64,000 bases of DNA from Bacteroidota bacterium (GTDB taxonomy: Bacteria; Bacteroidota; Bacteroidia; Chitinophagales; BACL12). The stretch lies in NCBI GenBank assembly GCA_016718035.1, contig JADKEK010000003.1, positions 456,292 to 520,291 of the forward strand. Direction: 5' to 3'. Under the pieces are notes generated by a model, which was not told where the DNA came from, searched no databases, and was given only the letters and a program-made list of their open reading frames with translations. Below are positions 9,283-20,023 of the stretch, one piece after another. Within the stretch, counting starts at the first letter, position 1. Every line of letters starts with the position of its first letter. The translations under genes were made by a program, and so were the position numbers.

Positions 9283-9921
9283 ATGAAAATAATTTACCAA
9301 CGTATTTCAGCTATTTTATTTGCAGGTTTTATGTTGTTTATTATTTCCTGTAATAAATCAATCTATCCACCTACATCTTCGGTAGAAACTACCTCACAAC
9401 AAGAAAATAGTTTATCTGCTATTAACGAAATCAATCCAGGTAATTCACCTTCGGGTTTATCTCAATCTGAAACATTAAACGAGGAAATAGCTGTAGACAG
9501 CACACCTACTCCATCTTTTAAAAAAAATGTTGTACAGGGAAATTCAAGTGAAAAAATTCCATTAATCAAATCGCCTAATGATGCCCAGGTTTATGTAGTT
9601 GACGATAAAGATGATGAATACCCGACACAAAGAGATGTAAATGAAGCATTATTTGTTTCTATTTTAGGCCTCCTATTGTTACCAACAGGAATATCTTTAA
9701 TATTCAGTGCAATGTCTTTGGGAATGAGCAAAAAGATATTTAAAAAAATTAATGCCGACCCCCAACTATCCAAATACACCAAAAAAACTAAAGCTGCTAA
9801 AATATTATCCATTATTGGCATTGTATTCTATGCAGCCTTATTAATACTGATAATAATTGCAATATTAAGTTTCTTCAACTATCTTAAAACTGATTTTACT
9901 TTAATGGGTTTTTATAGTTGA
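9283..9921 (+). CDS. Hypothetical lipoprotein / membrane protein
   Basis: Lipobox-like FIISCNK after a signal sequence, a low-complexity Ser/Thr/Pro-rich middle, and C-terminal hydrophobic helices. No family recognised. Confidence 0.5.
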   Translation: MKIIYQRISAILFAGFMLFIISCNKSIYPPTSSVETTSQQENSLSAINEINPGNSPSGLSQSETLNEEIAVDSTPTPSFKKNVVQGNSSEKIPLIKSPNDAQVYVVDDKDDEYPTQRDVNEALFVSILGLLLLPTGISLIFSAMSLGMSKKIFKKINADPQLSKYTKKTKAAKILSIIGIVFYAALLILIIIAILSFFNYLKTDFTLMGFYS

Positions 9922-9960
9922 TGTAATTTGGTAAGGTGTAATTAACTTTACAAAACATTA

Positions 9961-9968
9961 TATCTTTG
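9961..9968 (+). promoter_or_regulatory. Bacteroidota -7 box TATCTTTG directly abutting the GHMP kinase start
   Basis: Exact TAnnTTTG match, only 4 nt before the ATG at 9973. Confidence 0.5.
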
Positions 9969-9972
9969 TGTT

Positions 9973-10914
9973 ATGCAAGAATTTTATGCTCATGGCAAAC
10001 TCCTGATAAGTGGAGAATATTTAGTGCTGAAAGGTGCAATAGCATTGGCGGTCCCAACCAAGTTTGGCCAAAAAATGCAGATTATTGAGGAACCAGGCAG
10101 CGACAATATCATCCATTGGAAAAGTTATGATGTAAATAATAATTGCTGGGCAGAAGTACTTTTATCAAAAGACGATTTACTTCCGTTCAGAGGAAGCGTA
10201 AAAAATATAGATGAAAAGACGCTCATTACTTTACAAAAAACATTAAACACAATAAGGCAAAAGCAACCTACTTTTTTGCGTTCAGCAGGCACAACACAAA
10301 TAAATAATTATTTAGAATTTGAACGCAATTGGGGATTAGGAAGTAGTTCTACATTATTAAACAATATAGCACAATATGCAAAGGTGGATGCTTTCGAATT
10401 AAATAAAAGCATATTTAAAGGAAGTGGTTTTGATATTGCCTGTGCGCAATCTTCAATGCCCATTTTTTACAAAATTGACGAAGAAGGTATTGTATTCGAC
10501 TCGGTGCACTTTAATCCTCCACAGCCTGAAAAATTTGTTTTTGTGCATTTAGGTAATAAACAAGATTCAAAAACTGAAGTAGAAACATTTTTGCAATCGG
10601 GCGATATCGTTAAAAAATTCGCTAATGAAATTGAAATCATTTCAGAAATTTCTGAGGCACTTTTGTTTTGCGATGATTTTAATGATTTCATGCAATTATT
10701 AGATGAACATGAGGAAGTAATGCAATATGTTTTACAGGAAGAAAAAGTAAAAACCAAAATGTTCAGTGATTTTAACGGTGTTGTAAAGTCGCTCGGAGCC
10801 TGGGGAGGTGATTTTGTGTTGGCAGCTTCGGCAATGGATTCAGCAGCAATTACAGCTTATTTCAAATCAAAAGGACTGAATACGATTATTCCTTATGAGC
10901 AAATGGTATTGTAA
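9973..10914 (+). CDS. GYDIA-family GHMP kinase (probable phosphomevalonate-kinase-like step of the mevalonate pathway)
   Basis: N-terminus HGKLLISGEYLVLKGAIALAVP resembles phosphomevalonate kinases. GHMP motif NWGLGSSSTLL. GSGFDIACAQ corresponds to the GYDIA signature. C-terminal LGAWGGDF. Confidence 0.7.
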   Translation: MQEFYAHGKLLISGEYLVLKGAIALAVPTKFGQKMQIIEEPGSDNIIHWKSYDVNNNCWAEVLLSKDDLLPFRGSVKNIDEKTLITLQKTLNTIRQKQPTFLRSAGTTQINNYLEFERNWGLGSSSTLLNNIAQYAKVDAFELNKSIFKGSGFDIACAQSSMPIFYKIDEEGIVFDSVHFNPPQPEKFVFVHLGNKQDSKTEVETFLQSGDIVKKFANEIEIISEISEALLFCDDFNDFMQLLDEHEEVMQYVLQEEKVKTKMFSDFNGVVKSLGAWGGDFVLAASAMDSAAITAYFKSKGLNTIIPYEQMVL

Positions 10915-10971
10915 GCCCGGTGTTTACTGTACCCGCTTAAATCCTTCACACTAACATAAGCCCTTGCGTTG

Positions 10972-10979
10972 TATCTTTG
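10972..10979 (+). promoter_or_regulatory. Bacteroidota -7 box TATCTTTG for mvaD-mvk
   Basis: Exact TAnnTTTG match, 6 nt before the ATG at 10986. Confidence 0.5.
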
Positions 10980-10985
10980 TGGTAT

Positions 10986-12035
10986 ATGAGTACCGCAACC
11001 ATTACGTGGCAAAGCCCGTCGAACATAGCATTGATTAAATATTGGGGCAAACATGGTAATCAATTACCAAACAATGCCTCTTTATCGCTTACATTAAACC
11101 AAGCGGCGACCACCACTTCGCTTTCTTTAAAAAAGAAACGCAAAAAAGCGGAAATCGAAGTAGATTTCACTTTTGAAGGAGAAAAAAATGAAAAATTTGC
11201 AGAAAAAATTATTCATTACCTGGAGAGTATCAAAAACGAATTCCCCTATCTGACAGCAAACAAACTGGTAATTGAATCTGCCAACAGTTTTCCTCATTCA
11301 GCAGGTATTGCAAGCAGCGCTTCTTCTATGAGTGCTTTGGCTTTATGCATTTTATCACAATCGATGATTGCAGATAAAAAAGAATACAAACCCGAAGAAT
11401 TTTATCAAAAAGCTTCTTATTATGCTCGCCTTGGAAGCGGCAGTGCTGCAAGAAGTGTTTTCCCTGATTTTTCTGTTTGGGGGAAATCAACACATATAAA
11501 AGCCGGCAATGATAAATATGCAATTCAGTATCCCAATAAATTTAACAGCGATTTTAATGATTTACAGGATAGTATTTTAATTGTCAATGAAAAAGAAAAA
11601 TCGGTAAGCAGTCGCGCCGGGCATGCTTTAATGAACCATCATCCAATGGCTGCACAACGTTATAAAAATGCAGAAAGCAGGATGAAAGATATTTTATCGG
11701 CATTAACAAAAGGTGACTGGGAATTATTTTGTTCAACTGTTGAAACTGAGGCATTAGAATTACACGCCTTGATGATGACCAGCAATCCATCATTTATTTT
11801 AATGAAACCGGGAACGCTCGAAATTATTGAACGCGTGCGCAGGTTTAGAAATGAAACAAAAATTCCGGTATGTTTTACTTTAGATGCAGGCCCTAATGTG
11901 CATTTAATTTACCCCTATTTTGAGAAGAAACAAGTTCGCAATTTCATTCAGGAAGAGCTACTTACATTTTGTACTAAAAAGAAAGTAATTTACGATAGCA
12001 TGGGTAATGGCCCTCAGTTGCGCATAGATGAATAA
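10986..12035 (+). CDS. mvaD: Diphosphomevalonate decarboxylase
   Basis: SPSNIALIKYWGKHGNQLPNNASLSLTL and the GHMP motif HSAGIASSASSMSAL are hallmark MvaD sequences. ATG 10986 is preferred over the TTG at 10977 in the track. Confidence 0.9.
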   Translation: MSTATITWQSPSNIALIKYWGKHGNQLPNNASLSLTLNQAATTTSLSLKKKRKKAEIEVDFTFEGEKNEKFAEKIIHYLESIKNEFPYLTANKLVIESANSFPHSAGIASSASSMSALALCILSQSMIADKKEYKPEEFYQKASYYARLGSGSAARSVFPDFSVWGKSTHIKAGNDKYAIQYPNKFNSDFNDLQDSILIVNEKEKSVSSRAGHALMNHHPMAAQRYKNAESRMKDILSALTKGDWELFCSTVETEALELHALMMTSNPSFILMKPGTLEIIERVRRFRNETKIPVCFTLDAGPNVHLIYPYFEKKQVRNFIQEELLTFCTKKKVIYDSMGNGPQLRIDE

Positions 12036-12858
12036 TCAATCTTTAAACTATCCTTCTAAATTAATGCTGTTTGGCGAATACGCAGTAATTGCCGGTGGAG
12101 AAGGACTGGCTGTTCCGTATCCAACTTTTTCTGCACAATGGAAATTTAATACCAGTTCACCAAGTGAATATAAACCGCATTTAGAGCATTTTTTGGTGTG
12201 GTTAAAAGCCAATAATTTTGATTCGATACTTCAATTATCTGTTTTTGAAAACGATTTACAACATGGTTTAGATATGGCATCCAACGTTCCTGTTGGTTAT
12301 GGTGTAGGGAGTTCAGGCGTTGTAGTAGCGGCTATTTACGATAAATATGTAATTCGACGTGAACATGACATCCAAACATTAAAAAAAATACTTGCTTCCA
12401 TGGAAAATTATTTTCATGCTACAAGTAGTGGGCTTGATCCACTTGTATGTTATTTAAATAAAGTTGTACATGTAAAGCCAAATAGTATTGATATTACCAC
12501 ATCTAATTTCCAACCGGAAAAAATTTGTTTAGAATTAATAGACTGCGGTAATGCTCGTTCAACACAGCAATTGGTAAATGTGTTCAAAGAAAAAATGTTG
12601 GAGGAATCATTTGCAACAATAATGCAGGATTACATACATTTATCCAATACTTGTATCAATGCATGGTTGGTTAAAGATGAACAGTTATTAATTACCCATC
12701 TAAAATTATTATCTGCATTACAATTGCAGTATTTCGAATTTGCTATTCCTGAAAAACAAAGGAAAGGATGGAAAAACAAATTAGACAGTAACACCGGTTA
12801 CATGAAACTCTGTGGAGCCGGTGGTGGTGGGTTCCTGATTAATTTTGCTACTTGTTAA
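12028..12858 (+). CDS. mvk: Mevalonate kinase (GHMP kinase)
   Basis: KLMLFGEYAVIAGG, GHMP motif PVGYGVGSSGVVVAA, and C-terminal KLCGAGGGGF. The start overlaps the mvaD stop by 8 nt. Confidence 0.8.
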   Translation: MNNQSLNYPSKLMLFGEYAVIAGGEGLAVPYPTFSAQWKFNTSSPSEYKPHLEHFLVWLKANNFDSILQLSVFENDLQHGLDMASNVPVGYGVGSSGVVVAAIYDKYVIRREHDIQTLKKILASMENYFHATSSGLDPLVCYLNKVVHVKPNSIDITTSNFQPEKICLELIDCGNARSTQQLVNVFKEKMLEESFATIMQDYIHLSNTCINAWLVKDEQLLITHLKLLSALQLQYFEFAIPEKQRKGWKNKLDSNTGYMKLCGAGGGGFLINFATC

Positions 12859-12868
12859 ACAATACCAT

Positions 12869-13906
12869 TTATTTACTGCTAAATCCGACAAAAACCGGAA
12901 GGTGATCAGAGTATCCTCCAATGTATTTATTGCCGGCAAAAGTTCTATCAGGCGAATCACCATATTTATCGTTATGGTATAACATCCAGTCTTTTTTTAC
13001 AAACTGAGCTGTTTCAGGACTAACTTCTAAAGATTTGCCATCCAATAATCCCGCAGACACAATTATTTGGTCCAACGCCTGCCAGTTGCCTTTATAATTG
13101 TAAGAACCCTGACCAGTGGTTTGCAATTTCGTCATTAAATTAACAAGCGTTTCTTCAGCATATGTATCAGCTGTTGCCTGCGCATTTAATATTTTTTGAA
13201 TACTGATATCAAGTGGTGTATCATTAAAGTCGCCCATGATAACAATATTCGGGTTATCCAATTTTGCATTTAATGAATCAACCACTTCTTTTAATTTAGT
13301 TGCTGCTGCAGCACGTTTTGGCGCACTCACTTCTTCACCTTCTGAGCGACTTGGCCAATGGTTAACAAAAACAAATAACTGTTCTTTTTTACCATTGATT
13401 AATATTTCGCCATTCACCATTAAAATATCTCTTGTAAAATCCTGTTTTTCGCCGGGTAACGTAACAGCAATTGCCTTTGAAGATTTAACTTTAAAATCCT
13501 TTTTATTATATAACAATGCCACATCAATGCCACGTTCATCGGGCGAATCATAATGCACATAGTCGTAATTGCCGGGTTTTAGGTTGTTGGTATTTACTAA
13601 ATCTTTAACTACCATTTCATTTTCCACTTCACAAAGCCCAACTAAGGTGGGTAACATATCTACTCCTGTTGCAATTACTTTCGATAAATTTTCCAATTTC
13701 GCTTCATACTTACTCGCATTCCAAAGTCTGTCTGCATTAGGTAAAAACACCTCATCATCTTTTGCCGGGTCGTTGATGGTATCATATAAATTTTCAAGGT
13801 TGTAAAACATTACTCCATATCCTGTAGACGCAACTGTATTATCAGATTGAGCACTGCATGATAAATTAAAAACTACCAGTAAAAGAAATAATGATTGCAA
13901 CTTCAT
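12869..13906 (-). CDS. Secreted endonuclease/exonuclease/phosphatase (EEP) family protein
   Basis: Signal peptide, catalytic-type motifs GLCEVEN, MGDFND and SDHLPV. Confidence 0.75.
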   Translation of the reverse strand: MKLQSLFLLLVVFNLSCSAQSDNTVASTGYGVMFYNLENLYDTINDPAKDDEVFLPNADRLWNASKYEAKLENLSKVIATGVDMLPTLVGLCEVENEMVVKDLVNTNNLKPGNYDYVHYDSPDERGIDVALLYNKKDFKVKSSKAIAVTLPGEKQDFTRDILMVNGEILINGKKEQLFVFVNHWPSRSEGEEVSAPKRAAAATKLKEVVDSLNAKLDNPNIVIMGDFNDTPLDISIQKILNAQATADTYAEETLVNLMTKLQTTGQGSYNYKGNWQALDQIIVSAGLLDGKSLEVSPETAQFVKKDWMLYHNDKYGDSPDRTFAGNKYIGGYSDHLPVFVGFSSK

Positions 13907-13979
13907 AAAATAAATTAATAGATTAAAAATAAATTAAATCAATAAACAAATTAGATTCAAACTGTAACTTAATGTTGAA

Positions 13980-15200
13980 TTATAACTCTAATAACAATTC
14001 AGTTACATCCATACCAAACAATAATTGTTCCGGCTTTTCTAATTGTTCTTTTACCCGCACAAGAAAACTTACTGACTCTTTACCATCAATTATACGATGG
14101 TCGTAACTTAATGCCAAATACATCATTGGGCGAATTACAACCTGTCCGTTTAATGCAATAGGCCGGTCCTGAATTTTGTGCATACCTAAAATCGCACTTT
14201 GAGGTGCGTTTATTATTGGCGTGCTCATGAGAGAGCCAAATACACCACCATTCGTAATAGTAAATGTTCCGCCCTGCATTTCTTCCAGCGATAAAATACC
14301 ATCTCTTCCTTTAACGGCAAGCTCTTTAATTTTTGCTTCAACACCTGCCATACTCAAACTTTCTGCATTACGCAAAACCGGCACCACTAGCCCTTTTGGC
14401 GTAGATACAGCAATTGAGATATCACAATAATCGTTATAGATAACCGCATCATCATTAAAATATGCATTAACAGCAGGGAACTGTTGCAATGCATTACAAC
14501 ATGCTTTTACAAAAAAGCTCATAAAGCCTAACCCTACTCCATGTTTTTTCTCAAATGCCACCTTATATTTTTCACGAATAGCCATAATTGCGCTCATATC
14601 TACTTCATTAAAAGTAGTGAGCATGGCTGTTTCATTTTTAACACCAACCAAACGTTTTGCAATAGTTTTGCGCAGTTTCGATACTTTTTCTTCGCGTTGA
14701 TTTCTTGAGCCACGTTTTAATGCTGCAACTATTTCTTTTCCACCCACACCTTGTTGCAAAAATTGTAAAACATCATCTTTAGTTATTCGTCCACCTGCAC
14801 CTGTTCCGGCAATTTTATTAATATCGATATTATTTTCTTTTGCGATATTTTCAGCCAATGGTGTTATATGTTTTTCTTCGGTAACAGCAGGTGTTATTTC
14901 TTTTTTAACTTCTTGTTTTTCAGCTGCAGGAGCTTCTGTTTTTTTAGGTGCTGCTTCTATTGATACCGATGTATCGAGACTAGCAATTACATCACCTATT
15001 TTTAGTTCGGCGCCTTCCTCAGCTTTTAAGGTGATTTTTCCCGACTTTTCAGCAGGGAATTCCAGCGTTGCTTTGTCGCTTTCAAATTCGCATAGCGACT
15101 GATCAAGCGCAACTACTTCGCCATCTTTTACCAACCACTTGGATAAAGTTACCTCGTTTATAGATTCGCCTATTGTCGGCACTTTTAATTCGATAATCAT
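13980..15200 (-). CDS. sucB: 2-oxoglutarate dehydrogenase E2, dihydrolipoyllysine-residue succinyltransferase
   Basis: Lipoyl domain with [12 protein letters not shown]3-binding domain, and catalytic domain [10 protein letters not shown]. Lies directly downstream of sucA. Confidence 0.92.
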   Translation of the reverse strand: MIIELKVPTIGESINEVTLSKWLVKDGEVVALDQSLCEFESDKATLEFPAEKSGKITLKAEEGAELKIGDVIASLDTSVSIEAAPKKTEAPAAEKQEVKKEITPAVTEEKHITPLAENIAKENNIDINKIAGTGAGGRITKDDVLQFLQQGVGGKEIVAALKRGSRNQREEKVSKLRKTIAKRLVGVKNETAMLTTFNEVDMSAIMAIREKYKVAFEKKHGVGLGFMSFFVKACCNALQQFPAVNAYFNDDAVIYNDYCDISIAVSTPKGLVVPVLRNAESLSMAGVEAKIKELAVKGRDGILSLEEMQGGTFTITNGGVFGSLMSTPIINAPQSAILGMHKIQDRPIALNGQVVIRPMMYLALSYDHRIIDGKESVSFLVRVKEQLEKPEQLLFGMDVTELLLEL

Positions 15201-15223
15201 ATGCTTAATATATAATGTTACGG

Positions 15224-17965
15224 TTATTTGGCAAATGCCTCTTCTACAATGTCGTTTTGTTCTTTGGCATGAATTTTTGCAAATCCTGTTGCCGGTGATG
15301 CACTCGATTTTCTGCTTACCTTTTTACTGATTTTGTTGCCAAGTAAATTCCAAATATAAAACCAGCCTCCCATATTGCGAGGTTCTTCCTGCACCCAAAC
15401 CAACTCAGCTTGATTATATTTTTCCATTTGCGCATTTAATTGTGTCATTGGAAACGGATACAATTGTTCCAAACGTAAAATGGCGGTGTCGGTCCGGTTA
15501 TTTTTTTGCTGATAATCCAACAAATCGAAATATACTTTACCACTGCACAAAATAATTCGTTTTACTTTCTTCGCTTCAGCATAATCATCGCCAATTAATT
15601 CGTGGAATTTACCTTCCGATAATTCCTGAATATTTGATTGCACTAATGGGTGACGCAGTAAACTTTTCGGGCTCATATTCACCAATGGTCTTCTGAAATC
15701 GAATGCCAACTGGCGACGCAACACATGAAAGAAATTTGCTGGTGTAGTAATGTTGGTCACTACCATATTACCTTCGGCACATAACTGTAAAAACCGCTCC
15801 AGCCTTGCACTTGAGTGTTCCGGGCCCTGACCTTCATAACCATGTGGAAGCAACATGACCAATCCACTCATACGTTGCCATTTACTTACACTTGCAGCAA
15901 TAAACTGGTCGATAATTGTTTGTGCACCATTATTAAAATCACCAAATTGAGCTTCCCAAATTACCAGATGGTCAGGTGAAGCGAGACTGTATCCGAATTC
16001 AAATCCCAAAACACCAAATTCACTTAACAATGAATTATAAATACGGAATTTACCTTGTTTTTCTGCAAGATAATTTAAGCGTATATATTCTTCGTTGGTA
16101 TTTTCTTCACGCAAAACAGCATGGCGGTGACTAAATGTTCCTCTGCGAACATCCTGACCACTCATACGCACATCTTTACCATCTAATAAAATTGAACCAT
16201 AAGCCATTAATTCAGCTAATGCCCAGTCCACTTTATTTTCAGCAATTAATTTTTTATTTGTTTCAAATAATTTTTCAATTTTTTTCAACTTCACAAATCC
16301 TTCCGGCACCTTAAACATATTGTCAACCATTTGTTGAACATGTTTTTGTGTAATTTTAGTTTCGGGTAAATTTGCAAAATCAACAGGAATATCAATTATT
16401 TTTTTCAGTTTACGCCAGGCTTCTTCAGGTGCCTGATATTGATAAGTTAAAGGTTGTTGTTTTATCTGATCTAAACGTTGTTGTAATTCATTCCAGAAAT
16501 CTTTTTCCATATCAGTAGCCAACTCTTTATCAATATCATGGCTTGATAATAATTTCTGAACATAGATTTCGCGCGGATTTTTTTTATTTTCAATCAGCTT
16601 ATATAATGTTGGTTGTGTGTATTTTGGATCATCCCCTTCGTTGTGACCGTGTTTGCGATAACACACCATGTCAACAAAAATATCCTTATTAAATTCCTGG
16701 CGATAATCAACTGCTAATTCGCAGGCAAAAACTACTGCTTCAGCATCATCACCATTCACATGAATTACAGGCGCCTGAACTGTTGCAGCATAACTGGTGC
16801 AATAATTACTGGTACGTGCATCATCAAAATCGGTAGTAAATCCAATCTGATTATTAATCACAAAATGAATTGTTCCACCAACGCGAAAACCTTTCAGTTT
16901 ACTCATTTGTAATACTTCGTAAACAACACCCTGTCCGGCTACTGCAGCATCACCATGAATTGTAATTGGCAACACCTTATCCCAATCTTCAGCATACATT
17001 ACATCTGTTTTCGCACGCACAAAACCCTGCATAACAGGATTTACCGCTTCGAGATGTGATGGGTTCGGAGTGAGTTTCAAATGCACCATTTTATCACCGG
17101 TAGTTTTTATTTGCGATGAATAACCAAGATGATATTTCACATCACCATCACCCATCGTAGTATCCGGAATAGTATTTCCCTCAAACTCATTAAATATTTG
17201 CTCGTATGTTTTTCCAAGAATATTGGCGAGTACATTTAAACGTCCGCGGTGAGCCATTCCAAAAACAAATTCTTCAACGCCAAGGTCGGCACCGCGATTT
17301 ATTATTGCGTCTAGTCCTGCAATAGTTGATTCACCACCTTCTAATGAAAATCGTTTTTGCCCTATATATTTTTTATCTAAAAATTGTTCAAAAACTACAG
17401 TCTCATTTAATTTTTTAAGAATACGTTGTTTTTGTTGTGTGCTAAATTGAATGGCAACTGCATTTTTTTCAATTTTATCTTGAAACCATTGTTTTTCAAT
17501 TGGCTCTATGATATAATCATATTCAAAACCTAAGCTTTTACAATAGGCCGCTTCAAGATGTGTGATAATGGACTGCAATGTTGCCCCATTTAAGCCCAAA
17601 CTATTGCCAGCTGCAAACGTTTTATTTAAATCGGCTTCGGTAAAACCCAATTGCGACAGCGATAAATTGGCATGTCGGTCTTTACGGGGTTTTAACGGAT
17701 TGGTTATGGCAATCAAATGGCCTTTTTCCCGGTAGGCCAGTATGAGATTGTATACTTTTAATTCTTCAGTAAGTTGCTGCCCGTTGATATTTCCGGCGGT
17801 TGCAGTGCTTTGCTCATTTGATAAAAAATTCGTTTGAGCGAAATCAAATCCCTCAAAAAATTGCTTCCACTCAGCATCAACTGCCTGAGGATTAACCTTA
17901 AACGTATTATAAAGCGACTCAATATAAGCCGGTTCTGCATTTGCGATATAAGAAAACTTGTCCAT
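15224..17965 (-). CDS. sucA: 2-oxoglutarate dehydrogenase E1 component
   Basis: 913 aa with typical E1o segments ([45 protein letters not shown]). Confidence 0.95.
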   Translation of the reverse strand: MDKFSYIANAEPAYIESLYNTFKVNPQAVDAEWKQFFEGFDFAQTNFLSNEQSTATAGNINGQQLTEELKVYNLILAYREKGHLIAITNPLKPRKDRHANLSLSQLGFTEADLNKTFAAGNSLGLNGATLQSIITHLEAAYCKSLGFEYDYIIEPIEKQWFQDKIEKNAVAIQFSTQQKQRILKKLNETVVFEQFLDKKYIGQKRFSLEGGESTIAGLDAIINRGADLGVEEFVFGMAHRGRLNVLANILGKTYEQIFNEFEGNTIPDTTMGDGDVKYHLGYSSQIKTTGDKMVHLKLTPNPSHLEAVNPVMQGFVRAKTDVMYAEDWDKVLPITIHGDAAVAGQGVVYEVLQMSKLKGFRVGGTIHFVINNQIGFTTDFDDARTSNYCTSYAATVQAPVIHVNGDDAEAVVFACELAVDYRQEFNKDIFVDMVCYRKHGHNEGDDPKYTQPTLYKLIENKKNPREIYVQKLLSSHDIDKELATDMEKDFWNELQQRLDQIKQQPLTYQYQAPEEAWRKLKKIIDIPVDFANLPETKITQKHVQQMVDNMFKVPEGFVKLKKIEKLFETNKKLIAENKVDWALAELMAYGSILLDGKDVRMSGQDVRRGTFSHRHAVLREENTNEEYIRLNYLAEKQGKFRIYNSLLSEFGVLGFEFGYSLASPDHLVIWEAQFGDFNNGAQTIIDQFIAASVSKWQRMSGLVMLLPHGYEGQGPEHSSARLERFLQLCAEGNMVVTNITTPANFFHVLRRQLAFDFRRPLVNMSPKSLLRHPLVQSNIQELSEGKFHELIGDDYAEAKKVKRIILCSGKVYFDLLDYQQKNNRTDTAILRLEQLYPFPMTQLNAQMEKYNQAELVWVQEEPRNMGGWFYIWNLLGNKISKKVSRKSSASPATGFAKIHAKEQNDIVEEAFAK

Positions 17966-18163
17966 GCGCTGCGGTTCTTTGCCTGTTTAACAAAGTATTT
18001 TACACTTTGGTTTGGAAGGGCAAATATCGGGGTTTTTGAGGGGAAAATCGCGAAATATTGTTGAAAATTACATCTTATAATAATTTGGGTAACGTTAAAT
18101 CTGCATAAATTTCATATCGTTTTTCAGGTATTGAAAATGGTTTTTATCCAGTACTTTTGTGTC

Positions 18164-18988
18164 ATGCCACAAACCTTAGCCTTTCGCGATAACCAATATC
18201 TCCACAAATCGGAAATCCGAATAGGATTAGACGACCTTGGATTTGAACGCGGATTTGGTGTTTTTGACTATTGCAGAGTGCGTAATGGGAAGGTTACATT
18301 TTTAAATGACCATCTGGAACGATTAAACCATTCTCAATCGGTATTACAACTTGCAGCACCTGCCGACATTAATATTATTCGTGAAGCAGTTTTGAAATTG
18401 CAGCAGGCAAATGGATTAAATGATGCCTATTTTAAAATTATCATCACTGCAAGGATGGTGAATCAACAATTACAACCCATTATTACCATTTATCAGGACA
18501 GCTGGAAACCTTATGCAGATGCAATGTATGAGAAAGGAGTATCGCTTATTTTAGAAGAATATGACAAACCATTTGCCTCCTATAAAACAACTTTTTATTT
18601 AGGTTCTTTCAGGTTATTACCACGCATGTATGCTAACGGCAGTGAAGATGTATTATTTTATTATAATGATGAAGTAAGAGAATGTGCGAGATGTAATTTT
18701 TTTATTGTAAAAAACGGACTTATATATACGCCAAACGAAAATATGTTATTGGGTGTAACGCGCAAACATGTAATTCAATGTGCGAAACAAGATCAAATGG
18801 TAATTGAACAACCTATTTCTGTAAAAACACTTTTTGAAGCAGATGAAGTATTTATTACCAGCACTACTAGGAATATAATGCCGATTGTAAAAATTGAAGA
18901 TAAATTTATAGGAAACGGGAAACCGGGTGCATTAACTTTATCGCTTATGCATAGGTTTGAAAATTATTGTAAAAATTATGCTGAGTGA
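18164..18988 (+). CDS. Class IV aminotransferase (branched-chain / D-amino-acid aminotransferase family)
   Basis: GFERGFGVFDY...NGKVTFLNDHLERL, and TPNENMLLGVTR near the C-terminus. ATG 18164 is preferred over the TTG at 18131 in the track. Confidence 0.75.
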   Translation: MPQTLAFRDNQYLHKSEIRIGLDDLGFERGFGVFDYCRVRNGKVTFLNDHLERLNHSQSVLQLAAPADINIIREAVLKLQQANGLNDAYFKIIITARMVNQQLQPIITIYQDSWKPYADAMYEKGVSLILEEYDKPFASYKTTFYLGSFRLLPRMYANGSEDVLFYYNDEVRECARCNFFIVKNGLIYTPNENMLLGVTRKHVIQCAKQDQMVIEQPISVKTLFEADEVFITSTTRNIMPIVKIEDKFIGNGKPGALTLSLMHRFENYCKNYAE

Positions 18989-19538
18989 TATTCAACAAAC
19001 ATTAAAAGACAATTCCGAAGCAGACTTTGCAGAAAAAATGAAAACTGTTGCTCCGGGTGCTAAACGCATTTACGGTGTGCGTATGCCGGTGTTAAATGAA
19101 ATCGCCAAAGTAGCCAAGGATGGCGGGTTTGAGCTGATTGAACAACTGTGGGAAGCAGGCGCTTATGAAGAAAGAATGTTAGCTGCAAAAACCTTACATA
19201 AGGTTGCTAAAAAAGACCCTGAAAAGGCAATAGCACTGGTGAAAAAATATTCGAAAGCAATTGACAATTGGGCTTTGTGTGATACGCTTGGAATGCAAAG
19301 TTTAAAAGCAATAAATAAAATTCGCAGCAAAGAAATTTTTGCACTTGCTAATGAATTATCTTCTTCACCTGTGATGTGGCAACGCAGATTGTCGATGGTA
19401 TTATTGGAAGATTTTTGCAAACAACCTGTTTTTCATAACACCATTCAGGAAATGGTAAACAAGCATAAAGGCGATAAAGAATATTACATTAAAAAGGCAG
19501 TAATTTGGCTCGAAGCGAGTTTAAAAAAACATCAATAA
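18978..19538 (+). CDS. DNA alkylation repair protein (AlkD-like HEAT-repeat family)
   Basis: FAEKMKTVAPGAKRIYGVRMPVLNEIAK, EERMLAAKTL, NWALCDTLG and WQRRLSMV resemble the family. ATG 18978 overlaps the upstream stop by 11 nt. Confidence 0.6.
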   Translation: MLSDIQQTLKDNSEADFAEKMKTVAPGAKRIYGVRMPVLNEIAKVAKDGGFELIEQLWEAGAYEERMLAAKTLHKVAKKDPEKAIALVKKYSKAIDNWALCDTLGMQSLKAINKIRSKEIFALANELSSSPVMWQRRLSMVLLEDFCKQPVFHNTIQEMVNKHKGDKEYYIKKAVIWLEASLKKHQ

Positions 19539-19584
19539 TTGAACTATTTCCATTTTGATAACATTAACACACTAAATTAACAAC

Positions 19585-19929
19585 ATGAATTGGATTGAAT
19601 TAGGCACGGAACAGGAACTACTTAAACTTACAGAAAAATCGTTTACTCAGCCGCAAGCTATTTTTAAACATAGTACAACATGTGGAACCAGTTTTCACGT
19701 TAAAATGATGCTTGAAGATGAGGTTACACCTGAAAATATTGATTTTCACTACTTAGACTTATTAGCCAACAGACCATTATCCAATAAAATTGCTACTCAG
19801 TTTAATGTGCATCATGAATCGCCACAAATTTTGATTATAAAAGACGGAAAATGCGTCTATCACACTTCGCATTTGGCGATAAGGATGGAAAAAATAAGTC
19901 AGTTTGCCAAGCCTGAACTAAGCCTCTAA
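19585..19929 (+). CDS. ytxJ: YtxJ-like monothiol thioredoxin-fold protein (bacillithiol system)
   Basis: 114 aa with AIFKHSTTCGTS, matching the single-Cys TCxxS motif and size of YtxJ. Confidence 0.6.
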   Translation: MNWIELGTEQELLKLTEKSFTQPQAIFKHSTTCGTSFHVKMMLEDEVTPENIDFHYLDLLANRPLSNKIATQFNVHHESPQILIIKDGKCVYHTSHLAIRMEKISQFAKPELSL

Positions 19930-20023
19930 GGCCCAATTACTTAAACATTTGTTAAAATCCTCCGGTTTAGGAATAGTTTTCTATTTTAGCCGAACCAAAT
20001 CAGGCATATTTGGTTAAGGACAC

